From positions 185,890-205,889 of the forward strand of contig NOWV01000136.1 of the NCBI GenBank assembly GCA_003344405.1: a stretch of DNA of 20,000 nucleotides, written 5' to 3'. Shown here in pieces: positions 1 to 11,600 of the stretch (within the stretch, counting starts at the first letter, position 1; every line of letters begins with the position of its first letter). Source of the stretch: Trichoplax sp. H2 (lineage: Eukaryota). The position numbers were made by a program, and so were the translations under genes. Under the pieces are notes generated by a model. That model worked only from the letters and a program-made list of their open reading frames with translations, made no database searches and was not told where the DNA came from.

Positions 1-682
1 ATGGCCAATGTGGCGCGTCCTCGAGGCAATCTCTTGTAAAGCGATAATACGGCTAAAATGGCTATTAAATCTATATTAACCTAGTATTGTAGAGTATATG
101 ATTCGTCTACTGTATCGTATGCATGCTTAGAACTACTCTATAGTTTCATAATAACTGAAAATCCGATTCTTTTGGTGACCATTTTTAGGGCCTTCGTTGC
201 CCATGACAGCGGAAAGCTTCGAAGGGTTCGAGTACAAAAACTACAGTTAAAATAATGTCGCCAATTGGTCCCAATGGGCAGGAGCGATGCGACATTGCTT
301 TTGCAGTAAATTATATAGTAAAGTATATTATAGGACTAAAAGTAATGTCGTAAATAAAGACTCATACTACGTAGCTGGGGTGACATGGTTTTTGTTGGAG
401 CGGGTAGTATGCAGTGATTTTTTTCGTCCAGTATAGTATTATTCACTGTAATCGCTAGGTGATTAGCATACTAGCTCAAACCATAGTTCAAGAGCTATAA
501 GAGCTCTAGTCGAGCATAACTCAGTATTCATAGTCACTGTCTACAACAGACTACAGTACAATCATAGAAAAATTAGTACTGTAGAATGGACAGTATACTG
601 TATAGAAACAGAGTTGGCTCATACCCATTCACACTAACGCCAATCCAAATACGCGTGTAGCTCATTGTGGAAAATATCCATC

Positions 683-3600
683 ATGGCGGTGCCGACAGAA
701 TTCAGTGGCGTTGTTCTATCCCTTGAAAATACTATTTATCCAGATGAAAAACTACAAGAAACACCATCGCAATTAGACGGATTAAGTAAGGAAATGGAAA
801 CAAACTTACGAATTGCAGGTTGTGAATATATTCAAGCTGCAGGAATCTTATTAAAATTACCTCAGGTCAGTTGAAAATCCAGTCTATGCTGTCTACTCAT
901 ACATTGTTACTACTTCTAGCATTGGATAAATGGATTGAATGTTGTAGATTATAGGATAGGAATGAGATATTGTTGAGCTTTTTATCGAGTAATTCATTAT
1001 ATATACAACGCAGATAAAGGATCAGCTTTACAGTATGTAGGAATAGCTGTATGATGATAGTATTTGTAAGCTTATTTTTGTACACTATGAATCAACAAGC
1101 TTGATCATTTTGCGATCATGTTCTATATTGAGAGATCATTAATAGTGAGATAAAGATCAAGAATTTTCTACATTTAACATTATTATTGTCATCAAGCTGG
1201 ACGATCGATGACAAATTCATTTCCTACGTGATAGAGATGAGTGATTGTCAAGTCTGTCAAGGATGCTTACGAAAACGATCGTTAGTAATGATGATAATCA
1301 TTAATAGTCAATAGAAGATCAAGAGAGCTTATACGTTAATAATACGATCAAGCTATAGAGTCAATGCTTACATGAGTAATCATCAGTAGTTAAAAGAAGA
1401 TCAAGAATTCGTATACATTAATATGAAGATCAAACGATGGATTATAGCGCACTCATTTCCTACGTAAAGGAGATAGTCCTACATGAACTTCATAAAGGAT
1501 GCTTACATTAATGATCGTTAGTAGTCGGAAGATTTATACTGTGTAATTGAAAGACTAATAAGAGTTCTTCTGCCTTTTCACGTTAATATTGCGATCAAAC
1601 TGTAAAGTCGATAACAAGCTCATTACTTAACATGATGGAGATGATTGTAGTCCATGCTATTGATGCTACTAAATTAAGTTGTATTCGTAACAGCATTGAT
1701 GTTCTTTTCAGGTGGCAATGGCAACTGCACAAGTACTTTATCAACGCTATTATTATTCCAAGTCTTTTGTCAAATACAATTATGAGGTAGACAAGCGATA
1801 AATTGACAATAACTTTGCTCTAATCTGCTTTAAATTCTATCAAGGACTCTATTCCTACACCGTATGATCATTATAATGAGTCAAAAGTACTAATTGAATT
1901 CTGTAGCATTAAAGTACCTTTCTTGTCAAGAAATTCTATTCCATGGTATCAGCTTATATTGTAATCTAGATGATGGACGGCATAACTATTATTATAGTAG
2001 TGATACGGTTATACTTTCTATAATTATAAAGAACTCGGCTTGCAAGCAAATAGCTTAAAACTAACATATAATTTCCTTGATCATTTCAACCTTGTATGAT
2101 AGATATGTGCCATGGCATGCATCTTCTTGGCTGCAAAAATTGAAGAGCATCCACGTCGTATTCGAGATGTTGTCAACGTTTTCTATCATATAAGACGGAA
2201 ACTGAATGAATTGTAAATACAAACAAAAATACTTTCATACTATCAAACTAGTTGATACTGTGTTAATACGTGACTATCCGTTTATGTTTTTATAGGCCTA
2301 ATAAGGTAATGGACTATATGAGTAACGAATACTTCCACAAGAAAAGTGAGGTTATTAAAGCAGAGCGACGAGTATTAAAGGTAATTCATTGAGGATACAT
2401 ACTAAACCAAGGCGTAACTTGACCTGTTAGACTGTATAAATCGTAGCTAGATTCAGTAATAATTTCTATCTTTTATGGATTGATTGCCATTTTGGTATAT
2501 CCTACAACACGATTGATCTGTAAACTAAACTTTACGCTCTGTAATAACTTATTTAATTTACTCATGACTATACTTAGGAGTTGGGTTTCTGTGTCCATGT
2601 CAAACATCCTCATAAATGTATTGTCACTTACTTGAAAATATTAGAATGTAACGATAATACTGAATTGATCCAAAAAGCTTGGTAAGTACAGAAGATTAGA
2701 CGTGTTCTATCTATTTTCTAGATATTAAATATCGAGTATGAATGCAAGAAATTAAACTATACATGTTCTAGTAAATGCTGTATTAATTTCATATTAATTC
2801 GCTTGGAAATTTAGACTTCATTCTGTGTATAGTAATGAAAATAGCTAAACATTTTTATATGCGCGGAAAATCAAATTACGTCTGATATTTTACCTTTGAT
2901 TTTATGCTACTTCTCTGTTATCCTACTGAATCAGTTCTTATTTAATGTGTTAACGTGTTATGCAAAATTAGAGTGTACTACATATAGATCACAGAAAAAT
3001 GATACTTCATCATTTAATAGTCTGTATTTGAGAGCATACAATCTAATTTTGCGTTTGATCAATCTTCCACATTGTGCAATTACCTGAATTAGTTAGCTAG
3101 TTAGTAATTAGTGCTATCGTATGCGTACGTGAAACTACGAATTATTGATGTAATTAATGCATACATACAGTAAGCAGTGTATTTTGTAAAAAAAGGATTT
3201 AAGTTGTCGTGTCATAATGGTCGATTTATTATAAATATTATTGGCAGTCAAGTGATACGTTTTGATTGAACATTTTATTTACATAAAGTTTGTTATATGT
3301 TGCTACGATAGGAATTACATGAATGATAGCCTGAGGACAGACGTATTTATGCGATATACACCGGAAACTATAGCCTGTGCATGTATCTACTTGAGTGCCA
3401 GACAGCTTGGGGTAAATTTTTTTTATCAAACTTTAAAGTGATGTGTGCTATGATGTTTGAATATAGCGCGTTGCCTTCGTAAATGTCTTCAAGGCTGGCT
3501 ATGTCAATTATCTAAAATGTTTAATTGCTGTTTTGCTAATACCAGATTGGCTTACCCAGCAATCCTCCTTGGTATGAGGTTTTCGATGCAACAACAAAAG

Positions 3601-4824
3601 AGATGGAGGTATATTTGCTCATAGTTTCCGTAATTGATAGCGTTGACATGTTAATATACCAAGTCAAATATGTAGTAGACATAATTGCTTCCTAATTGCA
3701 GAGAATAAGTCGAACCATTTTGCACTTGTATACGATTCCAAAAGTAAGTAATGTAACAGATGATATTACACGTATGTTTTATGGTCAGTGAATAAAAAAT
3801 GTAACCATGCTGCCATATTATTTACTGATAGGTAAAAGTTGAAGACTTAGAAAAAGAAATCGATGCAGCGAAGAAAATATTAGATGTAAGTACGAATATT
3901 CTTTAAAGTTTCTTTAGAATTTGGTGCATACTGTATATTGTTAATGCAAAAGTGCTTTATATAATTGAATTAAATAATTAATCTGTACCATACCAAATGT
4001 GAAAATTCTAGGAAAAAAGAAAAAAAGAAAAAGAACAGAAGCATTCCGAAACTGCCCAGACATCTATCCAAGGTTCACCGGTTGATTCTCCTCGCAATGG
4101 ACAAAAAGGTAGGTTAACGTAAAGAAAGACAAACGTGAAACCTTGGCATTATTATTACCATTCTTGGTACTAAATCCATCTTAACTATTCCTTACTGTAG
4201 GTAGCCCAAATAAATCTAAAGAATTAGTTAGACAAGCTTTAAATAAAATCAGAGAAAACAATAAAGATAAATCGAATCATCCTGAGTAAGTAATATTTAA
4301 ATGATACCATTTTGCGACATTTTAAGTAGCGCACAACTACACATTCATAGTTTTTACATTTGTTTTTATGATTATAAATTGTTGACATATGAGGATAACG
4401 TAATTTCTTTCTCATGAATATTAGGGATCGTGATCATAAGAATGACGAGAAAATTTCGACATCTAGGAGTACCGATAGTACACGATCAGGATCGGAAATT
4501 TCGAGTGAAAGTAGCGATAGTTCAAGCCCTAGGAAAAGATCGCGCAGCCCTGTTGTAAGGTCGAGACATAGTCGACCGGGATCACCTAGCGATGATAGAC
4601 ACCACAGTAGTAATGTAAATAGTAAAATTGAGAAAGCTCGCGAAAAGGCTGGAATCACATTTAGAAAGCGATCGGATTACCGTAGATCTCGATCTCGTTC
4701 GAGAAGTAGGAGTCCGTACAGAAGCAGATACAGGGATAGTTATAGAAGAGACGAAAGACGTCGAAGTAAGGACAGAGACAGAAGGGATGATAGACGCCGT
4801 CGTGACTACTATGACAGGCGATGA
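683..4824 (+). CDS. CCNL: Cyclin L (CCNL1/2 orthologue), 12 exons, ~465 aa, cyclin box folds plus C-terminal RS domain
   Basis: Hand-spliced GT-AG exons: 683-865, 1712-1786, 2103-2212, 2296-2380, 2578-2681, 3312-3411, 3546-3608, 3702-3743, 3832-3885, 4012-4108, 4201-4285, 4425-4824 (1398 nt, phases consistent). Cyclin L motifs: [123 protein letters not shown]-rich last exon. Confidence 0.96.
1090..1655. repeat. Degenerate tandem duplication (~240-bp period, ~80-bp sub-repeats) in cyclin L intron 1
   Basis: Repeated blocks: AAGATCAAG at 1153, 1315, 1397; TCATTTCCTACGT at 1217 and 1453; AAGGATGCTTAC at 1259 and 1495; GATCGTTAGTA at 1277 and 1513; ACGTTAATA..CGATCAA near 1333 and 1580. Confidence 0.8.
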
Positions 4825-5084
4825 ACCTGAATTTTGTGTTAATCGAAATTGGAAATACTTCATTTGACATATACAGTACAAACTATAAATATCTAATCCC
4901 TGTTGGCAATTGTGGCGGAATAGCTATAACGTGTGGTACCTACCAAACGTATAAGAATGTAGATGATCCAATCGATCGAATATTCCGTTAATCGAGCACA
5001 GTTCTTGTTACAGTTACTGTACATAATGTATATTATATTTTCGCCGAGCTACTCTTTACTTTGATGTTTAACTGCGTTTGATTA

Positions 5085-5090
5085 AATAAA
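5085..5090 (+). terminator. Probable cyclin L polyadenylation signal
   Basis: AATAAA ~260 nt after the stop codon, followed by a GT/T-rich tract (CGTTTTTGT...TTTGTTTT). Confidence 0.5.
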
Positions 5091-5661
5091 AGCAAGACGT
5101 TTTTGTAAGAAATATTTGTTTTAATCATTCTTTACATGAATATTATAACTTGTATAAAAACGAATAAGTCACATTGCTCAGAGTAAACATGAAATAATAA
5201 TACTATTTCCATTCTGTAAAACTAACATATAGGTAACAACCAGCGAAACGTTCAATAGAGCACATAATTTAGTGTAATACTGTAATATATTATTTACCTA
5301 CAGTACAATACCAACCTTACAATAATACGTAGTTAAGTTTCAAATAAAAATTCGCTTCAAAATTTTAAGCCGACAATCTACAAAATTTCTGTATTATCTT
5401 GCAACAGTCAATCGATAGATATTCTTTCATCTAAGTACTGTACATTTACATGATGATATGAAATCATACGCGCACTTTACTATTACTGTAGCAACTTAAA
5501 AAATGCTATCTTAAATCCTGCGAGGTTAGCAGTATTAATATCAATAACATTGTGGTACTGTACAGCATGACGTGCGGCCATCCCGTTACTCAAATGCGAG
5601 GTAGCCATCTAATCATTAACAGATAGAAGGTCTATCACTAATATCAATCAAGTGTATTAAT

Positions 5662-8600
5662 TCAAGCCCGAGAACTGATAGTTGATGGCTTTTTGGCAGA
5701 CAGGATTGATCGACTTTTTCTTTTATGGGTGGTCGAACGTTTGCATCGAGACGGTGTAGCAGGATCTAAATTTTCTATGTCACTATCAACATTGACACTA
5801 ACTTCGTCTGGATCGATATCAAATAGTTCTACATCACTGTCCTCTTCAAAGGAAAGATTTACAGGCTTTTTCCTATTTTTACGTTTGCTAACTGATTTTC
5901 TTGGAGCTAGTTAAAAGATGATAATACATATTTTAATAAAAGATGGACACCATTTGTCAAAATTGAAAAATTGAGATTCTAACTCTTTTTAGCAGAGGCA
6001 GCTCGCTGTGCGGCGACGTCATTTTCAATTCCCTTGTTCCTAGATTCATTTAGGCGATCTTGAAACTCTTCAGCTAGGGCCTATTAAAATTCTTCAAGTT
6101 AACTAACTTACAGATTATAATCAGTTTTCAAGTAAACAGCTTACTACTGACCTTTGTTTCAGGCTTAGCAAAGCGTTTCATTTTGTTTAACACAGTATTG
6201 AAAGAGCTATCAACATCGTCGTCCACTAAGGCATGTTGAAAGCATGAAAAGTTTTCATATAATTTTCTGAACGCCCGGTCATTAAGATTTAGCAAAGATA
6301 AGCAATAAGCCAGATTTCTCCATTGTCGGTCGTCCGTTCTAAAGATAATGCAATAGGTTCATTAGGGCTAAGAAAGACGACATTAGAGATGCATAGATAC
6401 TATTTCTTTAATAATTTCATGCCTAGCAATGGTGCATGAAAATTATGCAGATACTTACTTTGCGGCTCTAAACCTATAACATAGCTTTTCTGTTAAATTT
6501 TCGCATTGTCTGTCTTTCTCGATGAAGGACATTACATATCTATAAAATAATAAAACATTTATAACTGAAGGCTCAATAATGCAAGTACAATGCGTAATAA
6601 AATATTATGATTAATGTAACGAGTTTTCAGATTAGTATAGATCAATCATATAGATAATGTGCTCGTATTTAATTACAATGTACGCAATATTAAAATATCT
6701 AATATTACTTTATTGATTGTTTTAAGCTACTCAGAAAATGGATCAAATATTATCAGATTGAATCCTTATCCGATAATTACGTACTTTAAGATAGATCTGA
6801 AGCATGCTTCATTGACTCCGACTTCAACATCAGACAAGCGACTTATGATGTCAGGGAGAATATTGTACACAGCGTTGCCCTAAGTGCGTTAATATACAAA
6901 TCGATATTCAATATCATCCATTCTTCGACCTCTGCCGGTGTGTACGAATCTAAACGATAACAACGTGTACCTTCTTTGATAATTCTGAGAAAAACAATTT
7001 AGCTAGATTGGAGATTTCTTTATTACTATCTTCAAGGCAAACTGCCATTTCGCTTATTTGTCCTTTGACTTTAATCATATCATTTAAGATTAGATGTGTC
7101 AACACCTTGATAGAGTTTCTCTTGACTTCCAAACTGCTATCCTTTAGTCTAAACCAATGTGGAAAATAAATTGTTCTGTAGTCGATTTCAACATTTTTTA
7201 TACATATAAGATGAAGCATACTTACTGGCTATATAAGTGCCCGGTCCAAGGTTCGATAAGATTTGGAAATCTTACCGTAAGATCATGTAGAGCGACAGCT
7301 AGATTAGCTCTCACAGACGGGAACTGTGACTTTAGAATTTTATTTGAGAGATGAAAAGTCGATAAGGCAAAATTTGTCAGTCTGAGAATTATATCAATGT
7401 GTCTTACGATCATAATTAGTTACCTTTTCAACAATTGTAAATAGAAGTTGCAAATGTTGCTCGCAAAATTTAGAACTAGAATAGCAGATTGTAAATCAAA
7501 TTAGATATCAACTGAAATTTCTGTAATTACGTTACATTACAATTATACCTAACGAGCATGCACTTAGCAAGGGCAACTGCTGCAGCATTTTGAAGTCCAC
7601 GCTCATTAAATTTCTTAGAGTTGCCACATACAGCAACAATAAAATTAGCACAAACGGCTAACATACCGTTCCCTAAAGTGCAGAGAATCATATGTAAGTA
7701 CTAAAAAATTTAATTTTATTGAAGAGTCACTAATCGCTTTCTCTTATAGGGAGCAATCCGTACCAGTAACCACATTTGAATCACAGAGTTGCCTGATTAA
7801 TTCCATTTCTGCGTCATCCGCGGCAGCGCCTACACAACCGCCTAAACCAAGGTCATCTTCGTCACTAGAGGAATTGATTTTCTAAAAAAAAATTACAGGA
7901 ATATGCCAATACATCCATTAGATGCCTCAATACACTGTAAGAAACAAATATGTCCGTAATAATTTCAAAATACTTTTTTATTTCCTGAGATGGTTCGGTT
8001 ATTTTCTTCGGCTTTATCCTCAGCTAGCCTTCGCTCCTTCAATTCCTTCGAAATTGTAACATCTAAATGCACTAGCTGACATAGAGCGACGTCTCCGGTA
8101 TATGATATGAATCGAGATAATAATCTCGGAGAAATCTCGTTGTGCCCGTCTTCTGTACTTCCTTAGTATCATAACACAGCAACAGTAGCTAAACTTAAAA
8201 CTAGCTATGATACAGTATACTCAAACTAACAATGGCAAGACTTTGCTAGCTTACCTTCGTTTATATCAGGCATCAATTGCTTAACTATAGATTGCATGAT
8301 TCTTTTGCAAACTTCTTCGGGTGAAAGAGCTAGGTTGTATACAAGCTTTACAGCTTCTTCCGAGAATGGTACCCAGAACTTACATTTCAAGTTAGTAATA
8401 CCTGAAATACGCGTACATGTGATAAACTTTAAACATGCATGTTTTTAATCCATATAATACTCCATACAGTACTCTACCTTTACAAAGTATAGTAGTTATT
8501 CTTTCAAATATCATATGATCTTCAGGTAGGCGAGCGATTTTTATCTAAATAAGAAAGTTAGTTAAGATTTCGTCATCATCACAATATTAGTCAAAAAATT

Positions 8601-11600
8601 TGTTAACCTCTTTCTTCCTACGATAGAGCTTTTGTAGTACATGGCATGTATCTTTAGCAAGTACCAGATTATCTTCTCCCCTAAGTCCGAGTCCAGTATC
8701 GACAAGAGCACTTATGTTGTTGGCTAGAAAGCTTTTTTCTTCCCTAAGAGATTAGTTGTTATATTTTTTTCTTATTATGGATATTACTAATGTCATAAAT
8801 TAACGACGGAAATATATAAATCTTACTCCGCAATCATTCCAAGGATAACAAGTGCATAATGACTATCTTCTTGAGTTACATCATTAACCTATTTATATAA
8901 TATTGTATAACTTAATTGCAACATGTAGGACCATAAACAAACACAGTAAAAAATTAAGAGAAGTTGCTTTTTGTAGTTTAATTGCTAGTGAACTAACTGC
9001 CATGATAAAGTAGCCCCATAAGAGGCGGATGGTCTCTTTTAATATAAGTCCCTTGCGCATAAATTCACGGACCTATTTGATGGGCATTGAAATAAAATTC
9101 GTAAAAGGTTTATACATAAATAGATTTGATGCGATCCCGTATGCGGTTAACGTAATTGAAGTCAAGAATAAATTGTTTGTTTGAGATATTTTAACGAATG
9201 AACGTACAAGTTCTTCTACAGATGTTAATTCTCCAATCGTTGAACCTTTTACCAAAGACAGAAGACCTTGAACTATAGCCTTGTGATCTCTATTGTAAGA
9301 GAGTATCAATATATTCTCACAATTAGTGGATATTTAAGCAATCGAAAGTCAGCCTTACATAAGTAGAATAATTACGTATTAAGATGATGCTAAACTTACT
9401 TTTTCCTGTTTTGTCCTACAGTGTTTTCTAGGTAGAGTTTCTTGTAAGCTTCAATAACTCCTTCTTTTACAGCTTGTTCACGAGACCACACTAGCGGTAA
9501 CATTTTCCTAATTCCGTTTTGGCTCACATTGAATCCAAAAGATCGCGCTGTGACAAAGAAGTCGACAGCTTCTAAAACATCTGAAGGCGTCTTGGATCCC
9601 AGTAAACCTGATATTATTGGAATCGCGTTTTGAACTTGTTTAACAAAGCCTATAGAATCCTTTAACAAATAACAATGAAGTAGTAGCTCGTTAGGTAACA
9701 ATTGCCTAGATAAACTGAAAGCAATAACGGCAAATATGATCAGATCCTTACTTGAAGATAGCGTGCAACCAACTTATGTTGTAAGATTTTTTGTTCTATT
9801 TCGTTCATCGTCTCTTCCGATGACAAATGATTTTGGGAATCATGATCTTGATCTTCCACTTTGACGACTGGCTTCTCTTGATCTGCATATTAATTGGAAT
9901 AATAATCAAATTTTATTAATAGGAAACGACAAAACAGAAATGCACAAAAAATTATCCGATTGATAATTATAATTAGAATCAATCAGTAGTTCACCTAAAG
10001 TTGATTCCAGTTGTTTTATTGTAGAATTCGTATTCTCCAACGTTAAAGCTAATTTCTCAACATCAAACTTTAGTGATATACAATAGAGATTAATGTTACA
10101 GTACTATCAATTTCAAATCCTTTTCTTTCATCATTACAATAATGATATAATTTCACTTACATCTGCTCCGTAAGGATTCCTTGCCATATACGAAGCCAAA
10201 AATTTGACAGCATTTCTTCTAACATTGCTTGATTTATCATGCAAACGATCTAAAATTAACTCCACCAAACCAGGTTGTCTAGCAATTGGAACAGCCTATA
10301 AATTACATGTAACCCACAAATTAGACGTTATACCAATTTCTAAATAAATTGCCAAATTAGACCCAAGTAACCTTTTCACCGATAACGTAGGTACAGATCT
10401 GGATTACTTTCGAACGAACAAAGGCGTTGACGTCATGAACATGAGCCTGTAAAATACATACATTACTTAATTTATTAAAATATTTTCTACAGCGTACAAT
10501 ATTTATACTCTTATTCGTACCTCAAGCCTATCTAAGAAATGATCGCGGCTCTTTTTTGCTGACTCATCTAAATCATCCTTACGCAGTAGTGAAACCACAA
10601 TTGCACCCATAGTAGAAAGTACTGCATTTCTCATTACATAAGACTGAAAATATTTTAAGGTTAAAAGCTTAATGAATAATATGTATCGAATAGCCACTGG
10701 ATAATAATAAAAAAAGCTATATATAATCAAGAATATTTAGTTAACAACATTAGACACAAGACTGTACTAGTTTTATTTTAAAAGCATACTTCTCCGTCCA
10801 AGTGGGAAATTAGTAGGCTTATATTTGCACTTATAACGAAGGGGATCTTTTCAGCTAGTTCGGCCAAAAAAACTGCATAACCACGAGTACTACTACTATC
10901 ACGAGATAGTTCCTGGGGCGAAATTCGCGCAATTTCTCTAATTTGACAATTGTATATATATATATTTATTAGCGACTACGACTTGAATAATTTTATAAAT
11001 TATCGATATTTTTAAGTTTATACAAGGAATTATAATTACCACTTTGAATCAAGCATTTACCTAATTATATCACTTGCAACTGTATTGGCTTGATATTCGT
11101 TAACATAAAAGGCAACTGCATCTGCCATGACTGTAGCCAGATGCTCGAAATGTTGGATTAGCTGGACGACTTTAACGCTTGCTCCTGCGTAATAAAGCGG
11201 TTATATTATGTATTCAGAGAAAAAATGATAGAACTTAAGCACTTACCAAGTGAATGATTGTATTTCTTGATCAAGATCCCAATAATATGAAAAATAATAT
11301 CCTTTGTACTATTGACTTTAGCAGATTCCTGCTTTTCCAAGATTGTATAGCAGCAATTTGAAATTAAGCTACAAATTAAAGATTCAACGTAGTAAATTAT
11401 ATTTTTAGTAACGTTTTGTACCACCGAAAAATTGTCTTCAGTACTCGATTAGAGGTTATTAAATAGCCTTTATTAATATAAGCTATTCAACATACGTAAC
11501 GTATTCTTCTTCTACAACTGGAGGATCCCAAAGCCTACTAATTTCAGTCTGAAGTAATTGCATGATAACGTTCAGAGCGGCATCACGCTCATTCTTCCAC

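Noticed and set aside
1..204. Possible first exons of a divergent minus-strand gene (MGNEGPKNGHQKNRIF..., exon 61-1)
   Set aside because: There is a plausible acceptor at 62-63, but the frame and donor are ambiguous and no homology is recognisable; the adjacent window is needed.
4434..4881. Several overlapping ORFs (4434-4658 -, 4582-4881 -, 4628-4867 +, 4661-4870 -)
   Set aside because: Shadow frames of the low-complexity RS-domain exon of cyclin L.
5693..7354. Plus-strand ORFs 5693-5914, 6659-6883 and 7157-7354
   Set aside because: Antisense shadows of NCAPD2 exons and introns, with no recognisable motifs.
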